Source of the DNA: a virus
Virus record (IMG/VR): IMGVR_UViG_3300027963_004416
Location: 64,001 to 128,000 of that record
Length of the DNA: 64,000 bases
Direction: 5' to 3' (one strand)
Shown: positions 1-9,463 of the stretch, piece after piece
Layout of the letters: each line of letters begins with the position of its first letter
Numbering within the stretch: the stretch's first letter is position 1
Notes under the pieces: generated by a model
Told to the model about the DNA's origin: nothing
The model's database searches: none
The model's input: only the letters and a program-made list of their open reading frames with translations
Position numbers and translations under genes: made by a program

Positions 1-68
1 AAAATAGAGCCACCGACTATGCTAAAGGTGCGCTGACAGGAACCTGGGAGGATGTATGGGCCGCTTAA
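1..68 (+). CDS. nrdB: 3' end of ribonucleotide reductase class I beta subunit (partial)
   Basis: Frame from nt 3 reads NRATDYAKGALTGTWEDVWAA*, matching the NrdB C-terminal tail (FFENRATDY...W..VW); not in ORF track. Confidence 0.8.
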   Translation, partial: NRATDYAKGALTGTWEDVWAA

Positions 69-475
69 GTTTAATTGCATTATTTTTTGTACCATTAGTA
101 TCTTATGCCAACCATCATGATTGGAAAGTTACAAGGGTTGTTGACGGGGATACAGTGGAATTTGAAGCTAAGTTCTTACCAGTAGAGCTCGGAGATAAGC
201 TAAAGATTAGAGTACTAGGAGTTGATACTCCAGAAAAGGCTCCTAGAGCGAAGTGCGAGAAAGAAGCTCAAATGGGCCAAGCTGCTACGGATTATACAAA
301 GAAGATGATTGCTGGTGGTAAAAAGATTCAAATAGAGATTAAGGAATGGGATAAATTTGGTGGAAGAGTATTGGGAGATGTTATTGTTGATGGTAGCAGA
401 GTATCGGAATCATTAATTAAAAACAATCTTGCTAGACCTTATCACGGAGAAGCCAAACAATCATGGTGCAACTAG
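56..475 (+). CDS. Thermonuclease (SNase-like) with N-terminal signal peptide
   Basis: RVVDGDT, IRVLGVDTPE, DKFGGRVLG motifs; hydrophobic N-terminus ending SYA. Confidence 0.9.
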   Translation: MGRLSLIALFFVPLVSYANHHDWKVTRVVDGDTVEFEAKFLPVELGDKLKIRVLGVDTPEKAPRAKCEKEAQMGQAATDYTKKMIAGGKKIQIEIKEWDKFGGRVLGDVIVDGSRVSESLIKNNLARPYHGEAKQSWCN

Positions 476-654
476 AAGAACTTCACTACTGTAATAATTG
501 TGATGCTGAATTTAGTGTATACTCAAGTTTTGAAACTGATGACTTAATATCATTTTGTCCTTATTGTGGTTCAGAGATAGAAGATATTGATGAAGAAATA
601 GATGATTTTGATATGGACGATGATGAGTCAGAGGAAGATGACTACAAAGAATAA
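463..654 (+). CDS. Small zinc-ribbon protein with acidic tail
   Basis: CNNC...CPYCG, D/E-rich C-terminus. Confidence 0.75.
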   Translation: MVQLEELHYCNNCDAEFSVYSSFETDDLISFCPYCGSEIEDIDEEIDDFDMDDDESEEDDYKE

Positions 655-1214
655 TGATCTGCGCAGGGATTGATCTCTCACTAACATCTCCTGCGATATG
701 CATTAATCTTAATGAAGAGCATTTTGATTATGAATGTTGTATGTTTAAGTACTTGACTGATCAGCCGAGGAGGATATGCACCTATGAAAAATTTAATGGT
801 ACGCTTTTTCCGGAGTATGGATCTCAGTATGAGCGATATCAAAATATTTCTCGTTGGGTTATTAATAGCCTTGATTATTATGGAATTAGATCTGTATTCT
901 TAGAAGATTATAGTTACGGTTCTACTGGCAGGGTATTTCATATAGCTGAAAATACCGGTATTTTAAAGTACATATTGTGGCAAAATAATATTAATTTAAT
1001 TACTATACCACCCACAGTAGTTAAAAAAATTGCTACTGGTAAGGGCAATGCTAATAAAGAGCTTATGCAGTCGGCCTTCGTTATGGAAACTAATGTAGAC
1101 TTAAAATCTATGCTTGGCCTATCAGCTAAACAATGGAATCCTTCATCAGATCTCATTGATAGTTATTATATCTGTAAGTATGGTGCCCTGCAGTACGAAA
1201 AAAGAGTAGATTAG
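654..1214 (+). CDS. RuvC-like Holliday junction resolvase
   Basis: GIDLSLTSP, FLEDYSYG, PPTVVKKIATGKGNANK, DLIDSY RuvC-fold motifs. Confidence 0.85.
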   Translation: MICAGIDLSLTSPAICINLNEEHFDYECCMFKYLTDQPRRICTYEKFNGTLFPEYGSQYERYQNISRWVINSLDYYGIRSVFLEDYSYGSTGRVFHIAENTGILKYILWQNNINLITIPPTVVKKIATGKGNANKELMQSAFVMETNVDLKSMLGLSAKQWNPSSDLIDSYYICKYGALQYEKRVD

Positions 1215-1235
1215 AAATTTTATTTAAGATATAAT
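1207..1235 (+). promoter_or_regulatory. sigma70-type promoter TAGATT-N17-TATAAT
   Basis: 17-nt spacer; AGGAGG RBS follows before ATG 1253. Confidence 0.6.
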
Positions 1236-1252
1236 AATGTACAGGAGGCGAT

Positions 1253-1480
1253 ATGGCTACTAAAGACTACGGCTACAGTTACGATTATTCGAATCAAAAA
1301 CCTTTGCATACGTTTGTAAATAATACAAACAAGTCGAGTATTTCAGTATTTAAAGAATATTCTTCATACATTATTCTTCAGAAAGATAGCAAGGGGTTTC
1401 AGCAAAGGCTTAAAGTTGACGAAGTAAATCTTAGTAGTATGATGACTAGGCTTATTAATAACGGATGGATAGATGCCTGA
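1253..1480 (+). CDS. Hypothetical protein
   Basis: ORF with strong RBS. Confidence 0.7.
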   Translation: MATKDYGYSYDYSNQKPLHTFVNNTNKSSISVFKEYSSYIILQKDSKGFQQRLKVDEVNLSSMMTRLINNGWIDA

Positions 1481-1796
1481 ATTTGTACAAATTTTAGCAT
1501 ATACTAGTCTATGTTGGGTATTAATTAATTTTTTAGTTAGAATTTACTTTAGCATTAAAGATCAGCAAGAAGATGAAGAAGAATTATTAGTAGATGAAAA
1601 CTGGATTTTCCCTATACATTTAGAATATACTAATGACATGTGGTATGCATGGGATATTGATAATAACTTCATCAGACAGGCATCTTCAAAAGAGCAGCTT
1701 ATTACTGATATTCTTAATCAATATGATATTTCGCCTCGACGCATCGAAATTAAAAGTGAGAAACTATTAAATGAAACCGCAAAGGCAGCAGTATAA
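1473..1796 (+). CDS. Hypothetical membrane-anchored protein
   Basis: N-terminal hydrophobic helix; coupled overlaps. Confidence 0.65.
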   Translation: MPEFVQILAYTSLCWVLINFLVRIYFSIKDQQEDEEELLVDENWIFPIHLEYTNDMWYAWDIDNNFIRQASSKEQLITDILNQYDISPRRIEIKSEKLLNETAKAAV

Positions 1797-1962
1797 AATT
1801 AAAGAAAATGTTACCTTAAAAAATATTTTTAATACTGGAGATATTATAGGGGATATTATTAATGAAGAAGAAATAGAAGGTAAGCCTTTCTATGTTGTTC
1901 GTAGTAACAACCGAGTTCTAAAATTATCTAAAGAAGCATATTTAATTAGGAAAACTAAATGA
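1771..1962 (+). CDS. Hypothetical protein
   Basis: ORF in operon. Confidence 0.65.
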   Translation: MKPQRQQYKIKENVTLKNIFNTGDIIGDIINEEEIEGKPFYVVRSNNRVLKLSKEAYLIRKTK

Positions 1963-2129
1963 GTAAGACGCAGTTTAATCTTTCAAAGTCTGCAAAAAGA
2001 ATGATGTCATTAACATACAATGCAAGCAAAGCTAATATGTTTAAGAAAGTTTTTATCGATGCGGAGAAAGCTGAAGCTGTTGCAAGGCAACAACGAAGCA
2101 CATCTAAAGAATCAGCAGATAATAGCTAG
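1959..2129 (+). CDS. Small basic hypothetical protein (56 aa, MSKTQFNLSKSAKRMM...)
   Basis: ATGA overlap with previous stop; below ORF-track cutoff. Confidence 0.65.
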   Translation: MSKTQFNLSKSAKRMMSLTYNASKANMFKKVFIDAEKAEAVARQQRSTSKESADNS

Positions 2130-2163
2130 TACTAGTTTTTATTTAAGTGAATAAGCTATAATT

Positions 2164-2184
2164 AGGGGGCTAGGCCCCCTTTTT
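2164..2184 (+). terminator. Rho-independent terminator-like hairpin
   Basis: AGGGGGC-TAG-GCCCCCT followed by T run. Confidence 0.6.
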
Positions 2185-2197
2185 ATTAGGAGATATA

Positions 2198-2470
2198 ATG
2201 AGCGCATTTACGGAAGTACCTGACGGCAAAGAGTGGTTAACAGGATTGCTTAGGCAAGGTCCAGTCACAGTTAAGTTTAAGAAAGTTGATGGAACAGAGC
2301 GTACCATGAAGTGTACCCTTAGTGAAGATTTAATTCTTCCGTATCCAGTTTCAGAAAGCAAACGTGAAAAAAAGCAAAATGATGAGGTTTTAGCGGTTTA
2401 TGATTTAGAAAAAGAATCGTGGAGATCATTCCGCCTAGATAATATTATTAGTGTTGAGTTTGGATTATAA
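2198..2470 (+). CDS. SH3/Sm-like (WYL_2-type) phage protein
   Basis: V.FKKVDGTERTMKCTL...VYDLEKESWRSFRLDNI pattern. Confidence 0.8.
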   Translation: MSAFTEVPDGKEWLTGLLRQGPVTVKFKKVDGTERTMKCTLSEDLILPYPVSESKREKKQNDEVLAVYDLEKESWRSFRLDNIISVEFGL

Positions 2471-2886
2471 TGAGAATTGGATTTACATGTTCATCATTTG
2501 ATTTATTGCATGCAGGTCACATTGATATGCTTAGACAAGCAAAGGAGCAGTGTGATTATTTAATTTGCGGGCTTCAAGTGGATCCCAGCATAGACAGACC
2601 TGCAAAAAATAAACCTTCGCAGACTATCGTAGAGCGATACATTCAGCTTGAAGCTGTTAAGTACGTTGATGAGATCATTCCCTACGTAACAGAGTCTGAT
2701 CTAGAAGACCTTCTCAGTATTCTTCCTATAAACGTAAGAATCGTAGGTGAAGAATATAGAGAAAAAACCTTAACTGGCCGAGAAGTTTGCATGGCGAGAA
2801 ACATTGATATCTTTTATAATAAAAGAGAGCACAGATTTAGTTCATCTGAGCTAAGAAAAAGACTCGGTGAGATATGGAATACATAG
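2470..2886 (+). CDS. Cytidylyltransferase family protein (TagD/RfaE-domain-II like)
   Basis: FDLLHAGH (HxGH), YVDEII, RFSSSELR. Confidence 0.85.
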   Translation: MRIGFTCSSFDLLHAGHIDMLRQAKEQCDYLICGLQVDPSIDRPAKNKPSQTIVERYIQLEAVKYVDEIIPYVTESDLEDLLSILPINVRIVGEEYREKTLTGREVCMARNIDIFYNKREHRFSSSELRKRLGEIWNT

Positions 2887-3875
2887 CAATTACAGGTGCT
2901 GCAGGGTATATTGGATCAGTATTAGCTAAGCATTGTAAAGAAAGAGGTTATGGTGTAATAGGTGTAGATTATAAGTACGGATCTGCAGGCACTAATATAC
3001 ATTATAATAAATTTCCTAATGTTGATGTTGCGTTAGGAGCTTGTATTTCAAGTCATGATTTTGCATCGCTTTGTCAGCATTATCAAGTTAGAAAGGTATT
3101 CCATCTAGCAGCTTCTGCAGATGTAGAATTAAGCCAACGACTTCCGTTTCATTTCTATGAAAATAATGTTGGTAATACAGCCGCGATGCTACACAATCTT
3201 ATTAACACTGGGTGGTTGGATAGACATCCTCAGATAATCTATTCAAGTACTGCTGCGGTTTACAAAGAAAGCTCGCATCCCGTTTCTGAGTATAGTGATA
3301 AAGGCTCACCCAATGCGTATGGTAGAAGTAAGCTTCAATCTGAAGATCTGTTTGTAGAAGTATTTAATTTTTTTAGAGTTCCGTCTGTAACTTTTAGATA
3401 CTTTAATGTAGCCGGTTCCCGCGGGGATACCGGGGATCACTTACAGTCACATCATATAATTCCTGTTCTTTGCAAATCTGCGTACAGCGGTACCCGATTT
3501 AAAATATTTGGCGATGATTATCCTACGATTGACGGTACTTGTGTTCGCGATTATATTGATGTTAATGATGTTTGCAGGGCACACTTTACAGCTTGCGAGT
3601 ATCTTTACAGCACCCCTGGTAGGCATATTTTTAATCTAGGTACACAAAATGGAACGTCTATCTTAGAATTAATTCGTAAATTTGAAGATGTAGTGAGTAT
3701 AGATCTTAACTATGATATTTGTAAAAGAAGAAATGGAGATCCAGCCTTTTTAGTTGCTGATCCTAATAAGTTTATTAATGAAACTGGATTTCAATATTCG
3801 TCTAACTTACAATTAATGATAAAGTCTGCGTGGGAATATTACTGTTTAAAACAAGAGGATAAAAATGGCATTTGA
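2874..3875 (+). CDS. galE: UDP-glucose 4-epimerase
   Basis: TGAAGYIGS, SSTAAVY, YGRSK, FRYFNVAG, DGTCVRDYI, RRNGDP. Confidence 0.85.
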   Translation: MEYIAITGAAGYIGSVLAKHCKERGYGVIGVDYKYGSAGTNIHYNKFPNVDVALGACISSHDFASLCQHYQVRKVFHLAASADVELSQRLPFHFYENNVGNTAAMLHNLINTGWLDRHPQIIYSSTAAVYKESSHPVSEYSDKGSPNAYGRSKLQSEDLFVEVFNFFRVPSVTFRYFNVAGSRGDTGDHLQSHHIIPVLCKSAYSGTRFKIFGDDYPTIDGTCVRDYIDVNDVCRAHFTACEYLYSTPGRHIFNLGTQNGTSILELIRKFEDVVSIDLNYDICKRRNGDPAFLVADPNKFINETGFQYSSNLQLMIKSAWEYYCLKQEDKNGI

Positions 3876-4863
3876 TGAGAATGAAGTATCAGTAGCTTCA
3901 CAAGGAGGCACTGAGATGATGAAGAGAGGTCTGGCGGATAGACTACCTGAAGGTCTAGCTGATGATTTTCAAATTATTTGTTCCCGTGTGCGCGAACTAG
4001 ATGATTCAAAAATCAGAGTCTATTGGCTACATGATTTACCTGAAGACCCTGAAACAAATCATTTAAGAGATGTTTACAGTCGAAACAGATTTCACAAGTT
4101 TGTTTTTGCAGGCCAATGGCAATATTATCGATATCAGCATATGCTTGGTATGCCTTATGATACTAAATCAATTATTATTGAGACTGCTATCGATCCAATT
4201 AAACCTCAGGAGAAGTCTAAAGATGAAATCCGACTAGTTTATTCATCTACTCCACAGAGAGGTCTTGCAATACTATTACCAGTATTTGAAAAGCTAGCAG
4301 AGAAGTACGATAATATCGTACTAGATGTATTCTCTAGCTATAAGATTTACGGTTGGGATGATGCAGATAAGCAGTTTGAGCCTCTCTATGAAAGATGTAG
4401 AAATCACCCCAAGATTAACTATCATGCATTTGCACCAAATGAAGTTGTAAGAGAAGCTCTTGCTAAAGCACATATTCATGCATATCCTAATATTTGGACT
4501 GAATGCAATAGTAGAAGTGTTATTGAGGCTATGTCGGCCGGTTGTCTTTGTGTTCATCCTAACTTTGGCGGTCTTATCGATACAGCCGGGGGTATGAACT
4601 ATATGTACCAAGGTCATGCTGACCACAATCAGCATGCTAATATCTTCTATCACGCTCTTGATAATGCAATTCAGGTTGTAAATACTGAAGATGTTCAAAA
4701 TTATCTTAAGCTAGTTAAGATGTATGCGGATAGTAGATATAACTGGAAAAAGATTACTCAACAGTGGGTAGACTTACTGACTGGTCTTAAGGAACAATTT
4801 CCTGATGCTAGCAAGCGCAAGTCAATCTCCGGGCCTGTCTTTACTTACAACACTGGCGTATGA
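3865..4863 (+). CDS. GT-B glycosyltransferase (GT4-like)
   Basis: YSSTPQRGL; E-x7-E (ECNSRSVIEAMSAGC). Confidence 0.85.
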   Translation: MAFDENEVSVASQGGTEMMKRGLADRLPEGLADDFQIICSRVRELDDSKIRVYWLHDLPEDPETNHLRDVYSRNRFHKFVFAGQWQYYRYQHMLGMPYDTKSIIIETAIDPIKPQEKSKDEIRLVYSSTPQRGLAILLPVFEKLAEKYDNIVLDVFSSYKIYGWDDADKQFEPLYERCRNHPKINYHAFAPNEVVREALAKAHIHAYPNIWTECNSRSVIEAMSAGCLCVHPNFGGLIDTAGGMNYMYQGHADHNQHANIFYHALDNAIQVVNTEDVQNYLKLVKMYADSRYNWKKITQQWVDLLTGLKEQFPDASKRKSISGPVFTYNTGV

Positions 4864-5825
4864 TACTAGCTAAAACCCCTCTAAGAATCTGTTTTTTTGG
4901 CGGTGGTAGTGATTTACCGCATTACTACGCCGAGAAACCAGGATTCTGTTTGTCTACTACAATCGACAAATATATGTATGTAACAGTATGCGAGACTTCA
5001 GTTAGCGGTATCAAAGCAGTATATAACGAAGTTGAGCATGCTGATGTATACAGTATTAAGCATGATAGAATTAGAGAAGGACTTAAGCATTTTAATTTCC
5101 ATACAGGATTAGAGATTTCGTCTTATGCTCAAATACCTACGAAGGGAACGGGTCTAGGATCTTCTTCTACGTTTACTGTAGGCCTAGTTAACGCGCTTAA
5201 TAAGCTTAAAGGCATTAGTGTTAATAGAAGAGATCTAGCTGAACAAGCATTTGATATAGAATTTAATAGGTGTAAGGAATACCTAGGTAAACAAGATCAG
5301 TATGCCGCGGCATTCGGAGGATTTAATGCGCTGTATTTTAATAAAGATAATGTCAAGGTAGAGCCGGTTAGTATATCTCAAAGTGAATTAAATGAGCTTA
5401 ATTCAAACCTTCTCATGTACTATACAGGGATTACGAGAACCGCATCGACTATCCTAAAAGATTATAGCACTGATAAAAAATATGACCCGCTTGAGCGAAT
5501 GGTCCAGATTGGATATGAAGCATTAGATTCTCTAAATTCTAGAGACTTTGATAGGTTTGGTTTGTTTTTAGATGAGACATGGAAAGAAAAACGATTAATC
5601 TCTAAAGGCATTTCCTCACCAGAGCTAGATAGAAAATATGCCTATGCTATCGATAGTGGCGCACTAGGGGGCAAAATTCTCGGTGCAGGTGGGGGTGGAT
5701 ACTTCTTATTTTATGTCCCAAAAGCCCGTCAATCTAAGTTTAGAGATAGGATGATAGAAAGTGGAATGGTTGAATTTAGATTTAACTTTAGCGATGAAGG
5801 AAGCAAAATAGTTTATGCGGATTAA
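4860..5825 (+). CDS. hddA: D-glycero-alpha-D-manno-heptose-7-phosphate kinase (GHMP kinase)
   Basis: PLRICFFGGGSD, GTGLGSSS, GKQDQYAAAFGGFN, GKILGAGGGGY. Confidence 0.85.
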   Translation: MILAKTPLRICFFGGGSDLPHYYAEKPGFCLSTTIDKYMYVTVCETSVSGIKAVYNEVEHADVYSIKHDRIREGLKHFNFHTGLEISSYAQIPTKGTGLGSSSTFTVGLVNALNKLKGISVNRRDLAEQAFDIEFNRCKEYLGKQDQYAAAFGGFNALYFNKDNVKVEPVSISQSELNELNSNLLMYYTGITRTASTILKDYSTDKKYDPLERMVQIGYEALDSLNSRDFDRFGLFLDETWKEKRLISKGISSPELDRKYAYAIDSGALGGKILGAGGGGYFLFYVPKARQSKFRDRMIESGMVEFRFNFSDEGSKIVYAD

Positions 5826-6402
5826 ATCATTCGTTAGTGATTATACTAATAATCTTAAACAGGCCTTAGACGCTGTTGATGTAAGTAGTTTAGAAAGGGC
5901 GGTAGACATACTAGAATGCGCGTTTCTTAGTAATTCCACAGTATTTGTATGTGGAAACGGCGGTTCAGCTGCTATAAGCGATCATTTTATGTGCGATCAC
6001 TCAAAATGTATCTATTCTGATACGAAGTTTATTCCTAAGATTTTTAGTCTACCTTCAAATATGTCCTTATTAACAGCTATTGGTAATGATATTAGTTATG
6101 AAGATGTGTTTTCTTATCAGGTAGAAATGTTTGGCCAAACTGGTGATGTTTTAATTGCAGTATCATCAAGCGGCAATTCACCAAATATTTTAAAAGCACT
6201 TAAGTCCGCCAAGGATAGTGGATTACAGACTATTGCATTAGTAGGATTTGAAGGCGGTAAAGCAAAGGAACTGGCTGATGTGGTTATACACGTACCAGTA
6301 AATAATTACGGTATATCAGAAGATGCGCATCAAGCACTAATGCATATACTTGCTCAATATATTAGAGTTAAACATAGAAACAAAGTTGATATTAAACTCT
6401 GA
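5815..6402 (+). CDS. gmhA: Phosphoheptose isomerase (SIS domain)
   Basis: CGNGGSAA, TAIGND, SSSGNSPN, EDAH. Confidence 0.9.
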   Translation: MRIKSFVSDYTNNLKQALDAVDVSSLERAVDILECAFLSNSTVFVCGNGGSAAISDHFMCDHSKCIYSDTKFIPKIFSLPSNMSLLTAIGNDISYEDVFSYQVEMFGQTGDVLIAVSSSGNSPNILKALKSAKDSGLQTIALVGFEGGKAKELADVVIHVPVNNYGISEDAHQALMHILAQYIRVKHRNKVDIKL

Positions 6403-6414
6403 GCTTCTTATAAT
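6386..6414 (+). promoter_or_regulatory. sigma70-type promoter TTGATA-N17-TATAAT (probably leaderless rnh mRNA)
   Basis: -10 box ends 7 nt before ATG 6421, no SD. Confidence 0.65.
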
Positions 6415-6420
6415 TAAAGC

Positions 6421-7272
6421 ATGATACTCTTAGATTTAAACCAGGTGTGCATTTCTAACCTAATGGCACAGCTAGGTAATTATACAAATGCCAAGGTCGA
6501 TGAAGATTTACTAAGGCATATGGTTCTGAACACTATACGTTCTCTTAAAGTAAAGTTCGCTGAATATGGCGAGCTTGTTATCTGTTGTGATGATAAAAAG
6601 GTCTGGCGCAAAGACGTTTTTCCTTACTATAAAGCTAATAGGAAAAAATCAAGAGAAGATTCAGAGCTTGATTGGAATTTAATCTTTAGCACCCTCAATA
6701 AGATTAGGCAAGAGCTTAAAATATATTTTCCGTATAGAGTAATTCAAGTTGAAGGTGCGGAAGCAGACGATGTAATTGGTACGTTAGTTATAAAAAATGG
6801 ACATCTGCTAAATACCTGTAATAAGATTCTTATTTTGTCCGGTGATAAAGATTTTGTTCAATTACAGGTTTTTGGTAACGTAACACAATATGATCCTGTT
6901 CGTAAAAAGCCCATTGCTACAGATGACCCTCTAATGTTTACTAGAGAACTTATTATTAAGGGTGATCGCGGCGATGGCATTCCAAATATTTTATCTCAAG
7001 ATGACTGCTTAGTTTCGGGTGGTCGGCAGAAACCCGTTCGTCTAGATAGGTTTGCAGGCCTCACTAATCCTCATAATGAGCTTTCTGGTGAATTACTTAG
7101 AAATTGGATTAGAAATGAGCAGCTAATTGATCTCACATTTACCCCAGAGCACATTCAATCTAGTATTATCAGTGAGTTTGATAACCAGGAAGGCAAGTCT
7201 AAAGAAAAACTTTTAGAATTCTTAACTAGTAAAAAACTTAAAACCCTTGTTGAACATATAAATGAGTTCTAA
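6421..7272 (+). CDS. rnh: T4-type RNase H / 5'-3' exonuclease
   Basis: WRKDVFPYYKANRKK, EADDVIG, SGDKDFVQL, GDRGDGIPN. Confidence 0.95.
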   Translation: MILLDLNQVCISNLMAQLGNYTNAKVDEDLLRHMVLNTIRSLKVKFAEYGELVICCDDKKVWRKDVFPYYKANRKKSREDSELDWNLIFSTLNKIRQELKIYFPYRVIQVEGAEADDVIGTLVIKNGHLLNTCNKILILSGDKDFVQLQVFGNVTQYDPVRKKPIATDDPLMFTRELIIKGDRGDGIPNILSQDDCLVSGGRQKPVRLDRFAGLTNPHNELSGELLRNWIRNEQLIDLTFTPEHIQSSIISEFDNQEGKSKEKLLEFLTSKKLKTLVEHINEF

Positions 7273-7697
7273 TGCTTAAATCTATATCGTCTATTCTTAG
7301 TGCATGCGCCAGCAAGCCATCCAGAGCTGAAATTATTGAAGCTTTAAGAAATAATAATCATCCAATTATTAGGCAACTGTTATTTTACGTATACTCACCT
7401 TCAGTAAAATTTCTTTTACCTGAAGGTGCACCACCTTACAAGCCCTGTGATTATCTAGATCAAGAAAGTAGACTTTACACAGAGGCTCGTAAACTATACC
7501 TGTTTATTGAGGGCGGCAATCCTAATTTAAGCAAGGTAAAGCGTGAGGTACTTTTTATACAATTAATCGAGTCGGTCAGTAAAGACGATGCAATCCTTTT
7601 AATTAACATTAAAGACAAAAAGTTACCTTATAGTACTATCTCTGAGGATGTAGTAAGGGAAGCTTTTCCAGATCTTTTACCGGAGGTTGAAGAGTAA
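7272..7697 (+). CDS. Conserved T4-like phage protein (DUF6433-like)
   Basis: LPEGAPPYK...KRE.LFIQL.E; typically follows rnh. Confidence 0.7.
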   Translation: MLKSISSILSACASKPSRAEIIEALRNNNHPIIRQLLFYVYSPSVKFLLPEGAPPYKPCDYLDQESRLYTEARKLYLFIEGGNPNLSKVKREVLFIQLIESVSKDDAILLINIKDKKLPYSTISEDVVREAFPDLLPEVEE

Positions 7698-7698
7698 G

Positions 7699-7866
7699 AT
7701 GAGTAAGTCTCAACGTAAAAATAATTATTATGACGACTTTGAAAAAACACATCATCAAGCAAAGCAGTATAAGAAAGTTAAAGAAAAGAAATCCTATAAG
7801 AAGCTAGAAAGCGTCCTCAGATCTAAGGATGTTAATAAGCTACTTAATATCGAAGAAAACTATTAA
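7699..7866 (+). CDS. Small basic hypothetical protein (55 aa)
   Basis: Open frame directly after previous stop. Confidence 0.55.
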   Translation: MSKSQRKNNYYDDFEKTHHQAKQYKKVKEKKSYKKLESVLRSKDVNKLLNIEENY

Positions 7867-7875
7867 GGATATATT

Positions 7876-8004
7876 ATGCATTGGTTCTGGAATAGCACAT
7901 TAATGGACAGGTTAGAGAAATGGCTTGTTACACTTACTAATTACATTTGGAATAAGCGCAGGACTTACGAGAAGCAGCTCGCAAATTCTATTAAGAGAAA
8001 ATGA
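7876..8004 (+). CDS. Small Trp-rich hypothetical protein (42 aa)
   Basis: AAGGA RBS; ATGA overlap with next gene. Confidence 0.5.
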   Translation: MHWFWNSTLMDRLEKWLVTLTNYIWNKRRTYEKQLANSIKRK

Positions 8005-8294
8005 TTTATACCTTTAAAAATGTTAAGACAGACGAGGTATTTGATATTTCTTTAAGAGTATCAGAATATGACAGTTATCTTAAAAACAATCCAGATATAA
8101 TCCGGTATCATGCACCAGGCGGAACACTTACAATTGTAGGCGGGGTCGGTGGTATTAAAAACGATGCCGGATGGAAAGAGGTTCTATCTAAGGTAGCAGA
8201 AAGACACCCTTCCAGTCCGTTAGGTGAAAAAACATTATCAAGATCTTCTAAGCAGGTAAAGATTGATAATATAGTTAGTAAGTATAAAACATGA
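8001..8294 (+). CDS. Conserved phage hypothetical protein
   Basis: Y.FKN..T.E...GWKEVLSKV...HP pattern common in T4-like phages. Confidence 0.7.
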   Translation: MIYTFKNVKTDEVFDISLRVSEYDSYLKNNPDIIRYHAPGGTLTIVGGVGGIKNDAGWKEVLSKVAERHPSSPLGEKTLSRSSKQVKIDNIVSKYKT

Positions 8295-8947
8295 GGTTTA
8301 AACATCTACCATTTGATAGAATAGAATTAACATCTATTGAAAAGAACGGCAAGCGGTTCTATGATGTTAATGGTGACCTATTTCCTTCAGTTACAACAGT
8401 TCTTTCTTCCCTTAGTAAGGATGGGATTAATGAATGGCGTGCACGTGTAGGAGAAGAAAAAGCAGAAAGAATTAAAAATTCAGCAGCTGCTCGAGGAACT
8501 AAACTTCACTTAATGTGTGAAGATTATGTTGATAACAAAGAAGACTTTATGAAAGGCAGAATGCCTACAACTGTCGATTTGTTTAAACAAATTCAACCTT
8601 ATCTAGATGAAAATCTAGAGTCAGTATATGCAATAGAGGCCAGCCTTTATTCTAAGAAGTTACGGGCAGCTGGAAAATGCGATCTTATTTGTAGGATGCA
8701 TGGCGTGAACTGTATAGTAGACTATAAAACTTCTACTAGTCTCAAAAAGGAAGAATGGATAGAAAGTTACTTTCTTCAAGAAACTGCTTATGCTATGATG
8801 GTAGAAGAACTATACCAGATCCCTATTTACTATATAATTACATTAATTGCCACTGAAGAGGGAACCCTTCAGTTCTTTGTTAAACAGCCTATAGATTATG
8901 TAAATAAAGTTATTAATACATTTAACGTCTATCATTTAAACAACTAA
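8291..8947 (+). CDS. PD-(D/E)XK exonuclease
   Basis: PSVTTVL, RGTKLH, AGKCD, IVDYKTS, Q..AYA. Confidence 0.9.
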   Translation: MRFKHLPFDRIELTSIEKNGKRFYDVNGDLFPSVTTVLSSLSKDGINEWRARVGEEKAERIKNSAAARGTKLHLMCEDYVDNKEDFMKGRMPTTVDLFKQIQPYLDENLESVYAIEASLYSKKLRAAGKCDLICRMHGVNCIVDYKTSTSLKKEEWIESYFLQETAYAMMVEELYQIPIYYIITLIATEEGTLQFFVKQPIDYVNKVINTFNVYHLNN

Positions 8948-9432
8948 TGCGACATCTTCTTGCAGCGTTGTTAATTTTAACATCCCTGCCTACTTACGCA
9001 ATTGACGGATACAAGCCTCCAGATCAATTCATCAATCCTCTAATAGACGATCTTTTGTCAGAGATTAAGCTTTTATTGGATTTAAAGATACCTGAGAACC
9101 GACCTGAAGTATTCCTCACCAATAAAGAGCAACTTATGAATGCTTACTGTGAAAATAAAAAGTCATGCGGAGTAGCAGCTGTTACTGACAAGGATACCGG
9201 TATAATTTATCTAGATGCTATGATGGAGTTTAACAATGTATATAATGCTAGCATTTTTTATCATGAGCTTGTACACTATGTACAAGTAAGGAATAATATG
9301 TTTGTAGGTCTAAGTGAGTGTGAGAGATGGGCAGCCTCTGAAATGCATGCATATCGTGCTCAAAGTAGCTGGCTAGAATATCACGGGGCTAGAGGGTTCA
9401 AAGTTCCCGATCTTTCTGCCCAATGCCATTGA
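8947..9432 (+). CDS. Exported protein with HExxH motif (putative metallopeptidase)
   Basis: Signal peptide; HELVHYVQ...E..AY..Q. Confidence 0.65.
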   Translation: MRHLLAALLILTSLPTYAIDGYKPPDQFINPLIDDLLSEIKLLLDLKIPENRPEVFLTNKEQLMNAYCENKKSCGVAAVTDKDTGIIYLDAMMEFNNVYNASIFYHELVHYVQVRNNMFVGLSECERWAASEMHAYRAQSSWLEYHGARGFKVPDLSAQCH

Positions 9433-9457
9433 GATTATTTAATACTTAAGCTATAAT
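9429..9457 (+). promoter_or_regulatory. sigma70-type promoter TTGAGA-N17-TATAAT (probably leaderless)
   Basis: -10 ends 7 nt before ATG 9464. Confidence 0.6.
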
Positions 9458-9463
9458 TATATC

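Noticed and set aside
8291-8947. Cas4 call
   Set aside because: PD-(D/E)XK core present but no four-Cys Fe-S pattern and no CRISPR context
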